NCBI GenBank assembly: GCA_013426185.1
Contig: CP058602.1
Coordinates: 271,123-335,122, forward strand
DNA length: 64,000 bases
Direction: 5' to 3'
Origin: Candidatus Woesebacteria bacterium
Lineage (GTDB): Bacteria; Patescibacteriota; Microgenomatia; UBA8517
Of the stretch, positions 19,046 through 28,853 are shown in pieces. The position numbers and the translations under genes were made by a program. How positions within the stretch are numbered: position 1 is the stretch's first letter; each line of letters starts with the position of its first letter. The notes beneath the pieces were generated by a model that saw only the letters and a program-made list of their open reading frames with translations, searched no databases and was not told the DNA's origin.

Positions 19046-19821
19046 TCCGAAGATCTAATTTTAAGACTATCACTAAATGTTTTACTTTTATAGAATATCG
19101 GCAAGAAAAAAGAAAAAAGAGGCGACAGTAAGCTTATTACTACCATAAATACATTAGGAATTCTTTTCTTAGAAAATATATGAATATTCCAACCATTAGT
19201 AGAAAATTTTAAACCCAAATCCTTAGCAAATATATCAAGGCTCTTTTTGGTGTACAAGACAATATGCTGGCCACCATCAGGGACAAAATACCACCAATCT
19301 TGAGGTGGGTTCCCGTTGTGAAGCATTGTACTAAATAATAGAATCTCTGGCTTGTATTTCTTAATCAGGTTTTTAATTTCTTTATGTGGATCTTCAAAAT
19401 GTTCAAACAACTCAAAAGCGGTAACCATACTATATTTTCTGCCATTTTTGTCTTCAAAACCTCTAGCAAAAATATTTTCAGCATACTTGTCAGTCCAATA
19501 AGCATCTACTCCGATATCTCTTAGCATCCTAGTCATCAAGCCATAACCGCCTCCGTAATCTAAAACCTTAGATTTTTTACCAATAAAAAGTAGATTAATT
19601 AAAGCAGCAATTTTAGAAAGTTTTATATTTCTAGATATTACCCCGGTGTCTGAATCAATAATAGGAGAAGAATAAGCTTCCTTTAACCAATAAGGCTTTT
19701 CTGTTTGTATCAAGCCACAATTATCACACTTAAAATACTTTACTTTATATCTGCGCAATATCTTTTTGCTAGCGAAAAAACTTGAGTTAGAACCGCAGAT
19801 CAAACATTCCATATCAAACAA
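19042..19821 (-). CDS. SAM-dependent methyltransferase with an N-terminal Cys4 zinc-ribbon
   Basis: 'CLICGS...CDNCGL' followed by a 'VLDYGGGYGLM' motif I. Confidence 0.6.
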   Translation of the reverse strand: MFDMECLICGSNSSFFASKKILRRYKVKYFKCDNCGLIQTEKPYWLKEAYSSPIIDSDTGVISRNIKLSKIAALINLLFIGKKSKVLDYGGGYGLMTRMLRDIGVDAYWTDKYAENIFARGFEDKNGRKYSMVTAFELFEHFEDPHKEIKNLIKKYKPEILLFSTMLHNGNPPQDWWYFVPDGGQHIVLYTKKSLDIFAKDLGLKFSTNGWNIHIFSKKRIPNVFMVVISLLSPLFSFFLPIFYKSKTFSDSLKIRSSE

Positions 19822-20743
19822 AAATTCTCTTAAAATACAGATACGGTATCAATAATAAAGACTTTAAAAAATTCTTATAATTACCTCCAAACAATTTTAT
19901 CCAAGTATACCTATCCGCATCAACGTCAACTGCAACCGCGCTAGGATGAATAATCTTGTCTATACTTTCTAATCTAACACTAACCAGATAATTCGGCATA
20001 CTAGCACTGTGTGTCGCACTTTTATCAAAACCAATATTTAGAACTAAATTACTGTTAGGGACAATAGCCAAACCTCTATTAACCCAACAAGTGTAAACCC
20101 ATTGATAATCCCAAGTGTCAAGAATACCTAATTTAACAGACATAAATACACTTCTCCAATAAATTCTTTCCCAAAAATTCATCTCGTGCTCGATCTCCTT
20201 AAACCTTTTGCTATTTAGATCTATGCCGAAAGAGTATTTTTTCCAAGCTCTTCTCCAAGTTGCCCAACCCCAAATATGGGGGTATTTGGAAAAATAATAG
20301 CTAGCCATCTTTTCACCTCTATGAACACCATTCTGAAAATTATTGCCGCTTATATGCATAACCTGTGAGTTACCTCTGTACCTTTTAAGAAGGGCCTCGC
20401 AATAATTAAAAAATGAGGGATCGGGTAAACAATCGTCTTCTAAAATGATCCCCTCTTCCACATTTTCAAAGAACCAACTAATAGCTTCGCTTACTGCTTT
20501 TCTACAGCCCAAATTACTCTCTCTGTAGAGTCTTTCGACCTTACAAGGCCAATCAATCTTTTCTGTTATTTCTCTTGTCTCCTCACATTTTTCTTTTTCA
20601 CCCATTCTATCTTTTCTAGGGCCATCAGCAGCAATAAAAAGACGAGAAGGTCTAACTTCTCTAATTGCTTTAAAAACCCTTTTCGTTGTCTCGGGCCGAT
20701 TAAAAATCAGAAAAAGTATTGGAACATCAAACCTTTTTGCCAT
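19814..20743 (-). CDS. Putative nucleotide-diphospho-sugar transferase (HlpA-like GT-A family)
   Basis: N-terminal 'PILFLIFNRPETTKRVFKAIREV.PSRLFIAADGPR' matches my recollection of the HlpA-like glycosyltransferase family. Confidence 0.4.
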   Translation of the reverse strand: MAKRFDVPILFLIFNRPETTKRVFKAIREVRPSRLFIAADGPRKDRMGEKEKCEETREITEKIDWPCKVERLYRESNLGCRKAVSEAISWFFENVEEGIILEDDCLPDPSFFNYCEALLKRYRGNSQVMHISGNNFQNGVHRGEKMASYYFSKYPHIWGWATWRRAWKKYSFGIDLNSKRFKEIEHEMNFWERIYWRSVFMSVKLGILDTWDYQWVYTCWVNRGLAIVPNSNLVLNIGFDKSATHSASMPNYLVSVRLESIDKIIHPSAVAVDVDADRYTWIKLFGGNYKNFLKSLLLIPYLYFKRIFV

Positions 20744-22115
20744 ATTTTTTCTCTCCTAAAAAACCACATAAAACCAGAAAAAAAAGAACAAAAACCAAGA
20801 CTTGCCAAACAATGCTAAATCTCTCTAAAGATCCCGATAAAGCTTTAAATTCTATATCTGTGGATATCAATCTGTAAAAAATAGATCCAAAAAATAATAT
20901 AAAAAGATACCATAATAAGAAAGTAGATAGCAAAAAAACTTCACTCTTAAGAACAATACGCCTATGTTTCAAAAAAATCATAATAGTAAACAAGATTAAA
21001 ATAAATACCTCCCAAATAACATATCTAAATATCATTACTAAAGGATCTAACAACCAAGATAAATTTATATTACCCGAGCTCAAAACAAACTGTTCGACAA
21101 AACCAAATTGATCTGTAAAAAACTTATTTGGGGTAAGACGATACCACTGATTATATTTGATAATAACAAAACCGACTATATAATTTATTGCAAAAAATAC
21201 TAACAAATACAAAATACTTTTGTCCTTAAGCAATTTCCTTTTAATTAGAAGATAAATTATCATAAAAGCGAAAACTGCCATCCAAACAGGCTCATTTCTA
21301 GTAAACCGAGCAAAGGAAAATAAAAGAGTAGCAACAAAAAAATCCTTACTTTTATCTTTTGAGAGCCATATAATCAAATAGAAAACCCCTAGAACCAGAA
21401 ATGTGGAATGGGTTAAATTTGTTAAAGGCTGAATAGAATGTTGATAAACTAAAGGGAAAGAGGAAACCGCAAAAGAAGCCACTATTGCAAACTTACGGCT
21501 AGAATACTTTCTTACAAAAGCATAGACTCCCATAATCAAAGCAAAAAAAACAAGCGTATAAACATATTGAGGATTAGTGCTACCAGCAACATACAAGATT
21601 GAATGCAGGAGAGAAGTTAAAAGGGGATATAAAATATCATAATAAGACTGCGCCGGAAAGAAAATACTCTGACTTTCCACAATCAATTTGGCCCTGTAAT
21701 CATACATCTGAACAGCATCCCACATCCAAATCGGCCAATATAGATTTCTAATTAAAGAAGTCAACAAAAAAAACACTATTCCTCCAACCAGAACTTTCTC
21801 TAACAAGTCCAGCTTCTTAAAAAACCCAACAACGGAAAAAATATCTAAAGAATATTTATTTTTTAGCATAAGATTGAGCAAAGTTAATAGCACATTTACA
21901 CCAATCAAAAAAAAGAGAATATTTTGAAAATTAAATTTATAACCAACAAATCCCAATAAAAACAGACCAAAAGTGGAAAAACCAATGCCCAGCATAAACC
22001 CCGAAGATAATTTTTCTGCCAAACCCGCCTTAAGTCGTAATAATTTTAAAAAATTAATACCTAGAAAAAGTATTAAAAGTATAAAAGTTATTTGTTTCAA
22101 AATACTTGCTATCAT
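20727..22115 (-). CDS. Polytopic membrane protein
   Basis: 462 aa, multi-TM. Confidence 0.45.
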   Translation of the reverse strand: MIASILKQITFILLILFLGINFLKLLRLKAGLAEKLSSGFMLGIGFSTFGLFLLGFVGYKFNFQNILFFLIGVNVLLTLLNLMLKNKYSLDIFSVVGFFKKLDLLEKVLVGGIVFFLLTSLIRNLYWPIWMWDAVQMYDYRAKLIVESQSIFFPAQSYYDILYPLLTSLLHSILYVAGSTNPQYVYTLVFFALIMGVYAFVRKYSSRKFAIVASFAVSSFPLVYQHSIQPLTNLTHSTFLVLGVFYLIIWLSKDKSKDFFVATLLFSFARFTRNEPVWMAVFAFMIIYLLIKRKLLKDKSILYLLVFFAINYIVGFVIIKYNQWYRLTPNKFFTDQFGFVEQFVLSSGNINLSWLLDPLVMIFRYVIWEVFILILFTIMIFLKHRRIVLKSEVFLLSTFLLWYLFILFFGSIFYRLISTDIEFKALSGSLERFSIVWQVLVFVLFFLVLCGFLGEKKYGKKV

Positions 22116-23212
22116 TTCTTTATTTTTATAATTCCCCAGACATCTTTTGTCCTGAAATTATCAGGATTATAATCTTCGTTAACCACTTTCTGCACATAGT
22201 TACCACCTTCTTCTATTATCAAATATATTATTTCGTCGGAACTCACAGAAAAGTCAGGCCAAATATAATCCTTTTTAGGTGGACCATCATAAACGCTGTG
22301 GAAGTACCCCTTTGCTATCAAAACATAATCAAAATCTTTAATATTAACTCCCGAATAAAAATTTTCTATCTTTCTATTCCCCAAAAATGGCCTCCAGTAT
22401 TCTTTTCTTGCATCTACACTATGAGGCGCTGATTCGTCTGGCAAAAGAATATAAGAGCCTTCAGACGTGTTATCTCGTACCAAAGCAATCACCTTGTAAA
22501 AAAGACCCCACTTTAACTGCATTTTTTGATCATAAGAATAATCAGGATGACTAAGTATAAAAACAAGATCAGAAAAAGCATCTCTAAATGTAGCTGCAAG
22601 ATTATTCATAAAATAAAAAAATAACAAAAAAAACAAAACAGCTAAAATAATGTTTCTCCCAAGCAAAGAGGTGGCATCTTTTGTCATCTTTCCAGTTTCT
22701 CTCAAACTCTCTCTAATCATCTCGGATTCTGAAAAAGACCGGAATCCTAACTTTCTAAAGATGCTTACCGCTTGTTCTTTTGTAAAGAAAAAATCTACTT
22801 TAAGTAAAAAAAGCGCTAAGCTCAAATAAACAATGTTAATAAAATTCTGAGGCTGTATGTGATAAGTCGCAAAAACATAATTTGGGTAATTTCTAGCATC
22901 TAGATAAATCATCAACAGATAAACAATAACTAAAGGCAAAAACAAAAATAAATTAACTTTAACTATTATTTTCTCAAACACGCTCTCTTTGTATTTTTTG
23001 TCTTTTAACTTATCATAAAAAATAAAGACGACAGACAAGAGAGATAATACTAAAAAAAACCTTGAGTCAACCAAAATATACTTTCTCAAAAAACCAATAT
23101 ACATATAGGATTCAAGGAGAAGAAAAAAATAAGTAATTCCAATTAAATAAGGGAAGATAGATTTGTTTAAATCTAACAATTTATTTTTTCTTTCTGTTTT
23201 TTTCTTACTCAT
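22112..23212 (-). CDS. Membrane protein with N-terminal TM helices and a C-terminal soluble domain
   Basis: 366 aa. Hydrophobic N-terminal half. Confidence 0.4.
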   Translation of the reverse strand: MSKKKTERKNKLLDLNKSIFPYLIGITYFFLLLESYMYIGFLRKYILVDSRFFLVLSLLSVVFIFYDKLKDKKYKESVFEKIIVKVNLFLFLPLVIVYLLMIYLDARNYPNYVFATYHIQPQNFINIVYLSLALFLLKVDFFFTKEQAVSIFRKLGFRSFSESEMIRESLRETGKMTKDATSLLGRNIILAVLFFLLFFYFMNNLAATFRDAFSDLVFILSHPDYSYDQKMQLKWGLFYKVIALVRDNTSEGSYILLPDESAPHSVDARKEYWRPFLGNRKIENFYSGVNIKDFDYVLIAKGYFHSVYDGPPKKDYIWPDFSVSSDEIIYLIIEEGGNYVQKVVNEDYNPDNFRTKDVWGIIKIKK

Positions 23213-23215
23213 AAA

Positions 23216-25270
23216 TCAGAAATCAAAAACTAAGCTACAAGTTTGTCTTATACGGGCCTTGGAAAAAACAACTAAAACGCAATTACCCTCCTTATAATAA
23301 ATTTCCTTAAAAGGTTCAAAACCATTTTCATAATCACCTTCCCTTGAGAGATTTATCAAACTCTCTGATAACTGCTTAGTTAGCCGATCCCTTTTCGATA
23401 AATCACCATCTTCATAATCTAAAACTATCTTATTCTTAACACCCTCAAATCTCAAAAAACGCTCAAGAGAAAATATTGGTTCGTAACTCCAAGGATTATC
23501 AGCTCTAAAAATAATAACCCTATTATCTTTATCTCTGACTTCTCGAGCAAGAGTAAGCACATTTTCTGTAAACAGATTTGTATACTTCACTGTATTCTCT
23601 TGTGCTCTTATCAGGGTATAATAACCTCTCAGCGGAACAAAGACAAGAAGTGTACTAAAAAAGAACCAATAAAAAAACAACACAATAAAATTCTTTAGTG
23701 TCTTATCAAAAATATAAGAACCTTTAACAGCTCTAGCAAATAAATATAAAGAAGATAACCAAAAAATATACTTTGATAAAATACCGGGGAAATCATATCT
23801 CCACCCACTAGGCCAGCTGCCTGAATAAAACACAAATTGAGAAAGATAAACCAAATAAGAAAAAAATATCAAAAATAATGAAAACTTATTTAAAATTGCG
23901 AACTGTATACGCTTCTTACTCCTTAAAAATGTAAAAGAAATCAAGAGAATTGGAAAAAAAATCAAATTCAGGCCAGTAAATGAGTTTCTTAAACCCAAAA
24001 CTAAATTCTTCAAAAGAACTGATTCATTAACATCATTAGCATAGAAGTTTTGACCAACTTTACTTACAGCCACAAAAACACCTAAAAATACAAAAAAAGA
24101 GAACAAAATATGCAAAGATAAATAAAATAAACCCTTCTTATTATCCTTGATAATTAGAGGATGAGCTAAAATCAAATAAATAGCAGGTAACGCCAAAACA
24201 ACCATATTTTCTTTTGATCCTATAGCCAAAATACCCCCCAACAGGAACAAAAGCCAAAAGAAAAGAGATTTGGGTTTACCATTAAGGATTTTGTATAAAG
24301 AAAGAGAATACAGAGAAAGACCTAGTACCACATAAATTTCACCAGGTCCAAGACGAGCCCAAATATCGTACCAGTATTTGTCGGTCATAATAAACAGGGT
24401 AAAGATGATTCCAGATAACAAACCAAAATACCGAGAAACCAAAAAAGTTACTGAAAAGACAAAAATAGAAAGAATGACAAAACGAGCAAAATACCAAAGA
24501 AAAGGGTTGTCACGCCACAAAGCGCTTTCAACTATCCGCACTAAATAATAAGATGGCCTAAACCTGAGAGCTTTTCCATAATTGCCGACTTCTGTTTTTA
24601 AAAGAAGTTTAGGTATTTCACCAAACAAGATTTTCTTATCAGATCCTAAAAAATAAGCTGTTTCATGATCATCTATCATTGACCATTTAGCCTTAAAATT
24701 TTCTTTAAATATAAGAAAACTAAAAACTAAAGAAAAAATAAGAATCAAAACCAAGGATAACTTAGTTTTTGGAGGATTGAACAACTTTTCTAAAGAAAAA
24801 AAGAACTTAGATTTAGCAAACTTTTCAATTAATGCATAAACTAAACTAAAATTATTTCTAAAATCTTTTTTTGAATCAAGAATTGTTCTCAAAAAAATAA
24901 CGGCAAAAAAAACTAGCAGATAATTTAATGGGGCTAAAGAAATGTGATACCTAGAAAAAACGAAATTAGGAAAATTCAATCTTTCTTCTATATTTAAGAA
25001 AATTGCAACAAACAAAATAAAAGGGGTTATGTAGAACACTGCTCTTTTTAATAAATAAGGGTAACGAACCTTATAGAAAATAATCAAGGCAACAGAAATA
25101 AGAAGAAAAACTTGAATAGGAACTTTTATATGATTAAAAACAACACCGGGATAAACAAAAACTTCAGCCAATAACAAAAAAAGAACAAAAGATAGAAAAA
25201 AAAGAAAAATTATAAATGATACTGTTTTTTTGGTCTTAGTCATAATATTGAAATTAAATGATAAACTCAA
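23216..25270 (-). CDS. Large polytopic membrane protein (684 aa), GT-C candidate
   Basis: At least 14 TM helices plus a C-terminal soluble domain. Confidence 0.45.
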   Translation of the reverse strand: MSLSFNFNIMTKTKKTVSFIIFLFFLSFVLFLLLAEVFVYPGVVFNHIKVPIQVFLLISVALIIFYKVRYPYLLKRAVFYITPFILFVAIFLNIEERLNFPNFVFSRYHISLAPLNYLLVFFAVIFLRTILDSKKDFRNNFSLVYALIEKFAKSKFFFSLEKLFNPPKTKLSLVLILIFSLVFSFLIFKENFKAKWSMIDDHETAYFLGSDKKILFGEIPKLLLKTEVGNYGKALRFRPSYYLVRIVESALWRDNPFLWYFARFVILSIFVFSVTFLVSRYFGLLSGIIFTLFIMTDKYWYDIWARLGPGEIYVVLGLSLYSLSLYKILNGKPKSLFFWLLFLLGGILAIGSKENMVVLALPAIYLILAHPLIIKDNKKGLFYLSLHILFSFFVFLGVFVAVSKVGQNFYANDVNESVLLKNLVLGLRNSFTGLNLIFFPILLISFTFLRSKKRIQFAILNKFSLFLIFFSYLVYLSQFVFYSGSWPSGWRYDFPGILSKYIFWLSSLYLFARAVKGSYIFDKTLKNFIVLFFYWFFFSTLLVFVPLRGYYTLIRAQENTVKYTNLFTENVLTLAREVRDKDNRVIIFRADNPWSYEPIFSLERFLRFEGVKNKIVLDYEDGDLSKRDRLTKQLSESLINLSREGDYENGFEPFKEIYYKEGNCVLVVFSKARIRQTCSLVFDF

Positions 25271-25379
25271 CTATCAGACGCAGACAAAGCATATTAGTAT
25301 AAACTCCCCCTATTTTAGCATCTTTAAAAATTTTTTGAGTATAAAACAGAAGTTAACTTAAAACTTATGATCAGATTAT

Positions 25380-25530
25380 AGAAACAAATTACAATATACA
25401 AGCTCCAAATTACAAACTAACTTAAAACTTAAAAATCAAAAGTCAAAAATATAACTCAAAAATTAAAACTCAAAAGTTAAAACATTGATTATAGAATTTT
25501 GATTTATGATTTATGAATTAAGAAGCAATC
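25380..25530. repeat. Mosaic intergenic repeat (ACAAATT heptamers, AAAACTT/AAAAGTC heptamers, TTGATTTATGA units)
   Basis: Shares modules with the spacers at 8442-8588, 9930-10260 and 27405-27780. Confidence 0.7.
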
Positions 25531-25666
25531 AACTCCGATATCCGAAGGCTGATAGCTGAAATCCGAATTCTTTCAACTTTGAACTATTGAATATTGATTT
25601 AAGAATTAGGAATCTCATTCATCTTTATTCTAAAACTACCAAAATTCTTCCTAGATGCACAACGAA

Positions 25667-25695
25667 TTGCCTTAAGACCAGATTTGTTGTAATAT
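25667..25695 (+). promoter_or_regulatory. Sigma70-like promoter TTGCCT-N17-TAATAT for the small acidic protein gene
   Basis: Followed by a leader containing 'GTTGGCT' and the SD 'AGGAGG' 6 nt before the ATG. Confidence 0.45.
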
Positions 25696-25749
25696 ACCAT
25701 TAGTAGGGTAAAAGTTGGCTCTTTCAAATTCTCAAAACAGGAGGCAAAG

Positions 25750-25950
25750 ATGTCTGGCCCTGGAGATAAAAGTGGAGTATCTGATATACAAGATAAGTTT
25801 GGAGTTGACGGTTACACTGTCTCTTCGAACGATTATGGTGGGCAACATCATACCGTCTTTGATTCTGACGGTGGTTCATACCGATTTTCTTGGGATACCG
25901 ACAGTAAAGGTGAATACGTCGATGGTAGCGCTCACATAAGTGAGCAATAA
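25750..25950 (+). CDS. Small acidic S/T/D/G/Y-rich protein (66 aa) with N-terminal MSGPGDK, paralog of 11512..11703
   Basis: Strong SD, promoter and a terminator hairpin immediately 3'. Preferred over the overlapping antisense ORF 25724..25987. Confidence 0.5.
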   Translation: MSGPGDKSGVSDIQDKFGVDGYTVSSNDYGGQHHTVFDSDGGSYRFSWDTDSKGEYVDGSAHISEQ

Positions 25951-25958
25951 TCTTTTTT

Positions 25959-26006
25959 GCTACAGGTCCTACCTCTATAGTAGCCAACTGCCTGTAGCAT
26001 TTTTTA
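25959..26006 (+). terminator. Rho-independent terminator candidate (GCTACAGG ... CCTGTAGC + ATTTTTTAT)
   Basis: 8-bp perfect inverted repeat followed by a T-run, directly after the stop codon at 25948-25950. Confidence 0.5.
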
Positions 26007-26007
26007 T

Positions 26008-26376
26008 ATGAGATACTTTACGGGAAAGAACAAAATTGAATTGCCTTTATCCAAATCAAAATGGAAGGAAATCCTTAAAGTCGTTAGGGCGGATGAAAGA
26101 AACCTAAGCGAAGAAGATGCCAAAAATATCTTCTGCCTATCTTTTGAGTTTTTCCTAAAAGGCAAACTTTCAATAGATGATATATCTTCAATCAATGGTA
26201 GGCTTTTGGAAGCCATAAGCGGTAGAACCAATAAATACCCAGAACTAATTGACGGACTAGAAGCAGGATCAGAACTAGGCTTTTACATTAGAGACATAAA
26301 CTTGATACTAAACTTTAAAAACTTTCTTGAAGAAGTCTTCTCTGTTTATAATTCACTCCGCTCTCAGACAAAATAA
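26008..26376 (+). CDS. Hypothetical soluble protein (122 aa)
   Basis: ORF only. No recognisable motif. Confidence 0.35.
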   Translation: MRYFTGKNKIELPLSKSKWKEILKVVRADERNLSEEDAKNIFCLSFEFFLKGKLSIDDISSINGRLLEAISGRTNKYPELIDGLEAGSELGFYIRDINLILNFKNFLEEVFSVYNSLRSQTK

Positions 26377-26379
26377 CAA

Positions 26380-26640
26380 TTAACAGTTAACAAATTAACA
26401 AATTAACTCAAAACTTGAGATTAGAATAAAGAACATAGAACAAAGGGAAAAATTACCCGCCTGCAAAAGCTATCGCTTTAGCGATTGCGGGCAGGCAAAT
26501 TCCAAATTCCAAATTACAAACAAAAAATTTCAACTTTTAACTTTGCACTTTGAACTTTTAACTATTTATTTTTATTAATTTGGCTTTCTACTTACTACGT
26601 TCTACTTTCTACTTAAATTTATTTTAACTTTGAACTTTTA
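26380..26640. repeat. Mosaic intergenic repeat (AACTTTT/AACTTTG heptamers, TACTTTC heptamers, a short palindrome GCAAAAGCTATCGCTTTAGCGATTGCGGGCAGGC)
   Basis: The 'ggctttctacttactacgttctactttctactt' and 'aacttttaactttgcactttgaacttttaac' modules recur at 10199-10262 and 30113-30185. Confidence 0.75.
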
Positions 26641-27404
26641 ACTATCATTCTTCTTCCCCAATTATTGAGCTTGTGAAGGAATAAGATCAAGGGGTTTTTG
26701 GTGTATTTTTGGACAATATCCTCGTCTTTTGTAAGTAATTTTTCAAATGATGTTGAAGAAGCATTTTCTCCGCTCATTCTGAATGATGAAAGATTTTTAT
26801 TAATTAAAAGAGGCATTCTCTCTTTTGAAATCTTAAGCCAAAGGTCGTATTCCATAACAAAGTGATCAGTGCCAATAAATGGGCCGAATTTTTGCCACGC
26901 CTTGCGGGTTATAAATACGGAAGGTTGAATAAGATAATTTACAATTAAAAGTATTGTTCTTAAGTTTAAAAATAAAAGTAAATTTTTATAGAAAGTAACA
27001 AGTTTTGCCACTTCTTTCCCCGCGCTATTTACCACTTTTCCTTTCCCTGCCACCCAAAGACAATCGGGATTTTTTTGATAAGTTTTTGCAACTTCAAAAA
27101 AAGCGTCTTTTTCATAAAAATCATCAGCATTAATAAAAGCTAAGATTTCACCTGTTGCTTTATCAAAGCCCTTATTAATTGCATCCCATTGGCCTTTATC
27201 TTTTTTGGATTCAAATTTAATAATTTTTGGATATTTTTGAGCGTATTTTCTAATAATTTCCAAAGTTCCGTCGGTTGACGCCCCATCCTGAATAATCACT
27301 TCTAAATTTGGGTAATTTTGGGAAATAATAGAGTCAATCGTCTTTTTAATAAATTGTTTTTTATTAAAAGAGGGAATGACTACTGAAATTTTGGGTAAGT
27401 CCAT
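26619..27404 (-). CDS. GT2 glycosyltransferase
   Basis: 'ISVVIPSFNKKQFIKKTIDSIISQ...EVIIQDGASTDGT' and a 'NADD' DxD-like motif. Confidence 0.7.
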   Translation of the reverse strand: MDLPKISVVIPSFNKKQFIKKTIDSIISQNYPNLEVIIQDGASTDGTLEIIRKYAQKYPKIIKFESKKDKGQWDAINKGFDKATGEILAFINADDFYEKDAFFEVAKTYQKNPDCLWVAGKGKVVNSAGKEVAKLVTFYKNLLLFLNLRTILLIVNYLIQPSVFITRKAWQKFGPFIGTDHFVMEYDLWLKISKERMPLLINKNLSSFRMSGENASSTSFEKLLTKDEDIVQKYTKNPLILFLHKLNNWGRRMIVKSSKLK

Positions 27405-27514
27405 AGGATTATTATAACAGGGTGAAAGGTAAAAGGTGAAAGTTAAAAGAAATTTGGACTTCAGACTTCGGACATCGGCTGCCGGATATCAGCTGCCAGA
27501 AGTTAGTCAAAGTT

Positions 27515-27702
27515 GGTGAAGCTGGCCAAAAGATAGTATTTAGTATCTTGTATTATGTATTATGCATAAAAATGCATCGTCCCCATAATACATAATTCAT
27601 AATACTAAGTTCAGATTTTTTCCCTTTGTTCTTTGTTCTAATCTAGTAAGTAAAAGGCAAGAGGTAAAAGGTAAAAGAGATGCAAGTAGAAAGTAGAAAG
27701 CC
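27515..27702. repeat. Inverted-repeat element copy A (~185 bp) with a central 13-bp-stem hairpin (ATTATGTATTATG / CATAATACATAAT)
   Basis: Near-perfect reverse complement of 30161-30345, except the asymmetric hairpin loop, which keeps the same orientation. Confidence 0.8.
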
Positions 27703-27707
27703 AAATT

Positions 27708-28844
27708 CTATAATCTACAATCTATAATCAATAATCTAATTTTTGACTTTTGACTTTTAAGTTTTGAGTTAATAAAAGATCCCAACGAAAGATAAATAAA
27801 AGGAAGAATTATAAGAAAATAACGGCTGAAAGGAGCATTAAAGATATTTATCAAAAAATAAAAAATAGGAAAAATAAAAATAAAATCCTTCTTTTCCAGC
27901 CTTTTGATATTTTTAATCTGCAAAATCCCAAAAACAAAACCCAAAGGCCAGAAGAAATTCCAAACATCAGCTTTTAAGATTCTTCCCTTCTCCCACCAAC
28001 TCACAAAATGACCACTGAAAAACAAAAGTAGATTATTGCCAAAAATAGAAGTGGTATTGTGAGAAAGCATAAACTTAAGCATTTTTAATTCAAAAAGAAA
28101 AATGTTAAAAAGGCCGCCATAATTTATGAAAGTCTTGATATAAGTAAGACTGAAAGTAAAAAAGGCTACCAAAAAACTCAAAAACATATTTTTATAATCA
28201 ACCTTTTCTTTAATCAAAAATTTTCTGTAAAGAAAAATAAAAACCACAAGAAGCAAGCTTGAGCTCCAAAACTTGGAGGCAAAAAGAAGACCCAAGACAA
28301 AACCGTTCAAAAGAAAATTATTGGGAAAATATAAAGCCAAAATTATGTAAAATAAAGAAAACACAGCTTGTGCCGGATCCAAAAGCAATTGTGTAATATT
28401 ATCCTTTAGAAGTGGGTCAAAAACAAGAAAAAGCGAGGCCAAAAAAGCAACTTCTCTCTTCTTAAAAGCCATCTTTCCCAAAAGATAAGTCAAGAATATT
28501 AAAAATAAAGCAAAGAAAATTTGCACCCAATAGGGATTTACAAAAAAGAGGGTAGCAAAACCAAAAAGATACTTTACAAGAGGAGGATGCTGAAAATTAA
28601 ATTTTGTCGGGTCCTCACCCTTGGCATAAAGATAACCTGTGGCAAGGTAAATTTCAGAATCAGATAAAAATATTCTATCTTTTATTTTGTCTTCTTTATC
28701 TTCTATATCTTGGCTGCGAAAATAATTATCGATTAGACCTTCATCAAAACGATATTTGAAAATATCAGGATTTTTAAAATAGGAAAAAACCAAAAAGAGA
28801 ATAAAAAGCAAAAACAAAAGCCAAAAATCAACTTTTTTAAGCAT
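27708..28844 (-). CDS. Polytopic membrane protein
   Basis: 378 aa, multi-TM. Lies between the inverted repeat copies together with gmd. Confidence 0.45.
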   Translation of the reverse strand: MLKKVDFWLLFLLFILFLVFSYFKNPDIFKYRFDEGLIDNYFRSQDIEDKEDKIKDRIFLSDSEIYLATGYLYAKGEDPTKFNFQHPPLVKYLFGFATLFFVNPYWVQIFFALFLIFLTYLLGKMAFKKREVAFLASLFLVFDPLLKDNITQLLLDPAQAVFSLFYIILALYFPNNFLLNGFVLGLLFASKFWSSSLLLVVFIFLYRKFLIKEKVDYKNMFLSFLVAFFTFSLTYIKTFINYGGLFNIFLFELKMLKFMLSHNTTSIFGNNLLLFFSGHFVSWWEKGRILKADVWNFFWPLGFVFGILQIKNIKRLEKKDFIFIFPIFYFLINIFNAPFSRYFLIILPFIYLSLGSFINSKLKSQKSKIRLLIIDCRL

Positions 28845-28853
28845 TAATAGAGG

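Noticed and set aside
25724-25987. 87-aa minus-strand ORF overlapping 25750..25950
   Set aside because: The plus-strand ORF has a strong SD, a promoter and a terminator and a paralog elsewhere in the window. The antisense ORF has none of these and is K/R-rich low-complexity sequence.
27405-27440. TATAAT located 6-7 nt upstream of the ATG of 26619..27404, hinting at a leaderless transcript
   Set aside because: A single -10-like hexamer in AT-rich DNA is weak evidence without 5'-end data. I note it but do not call it a feature.
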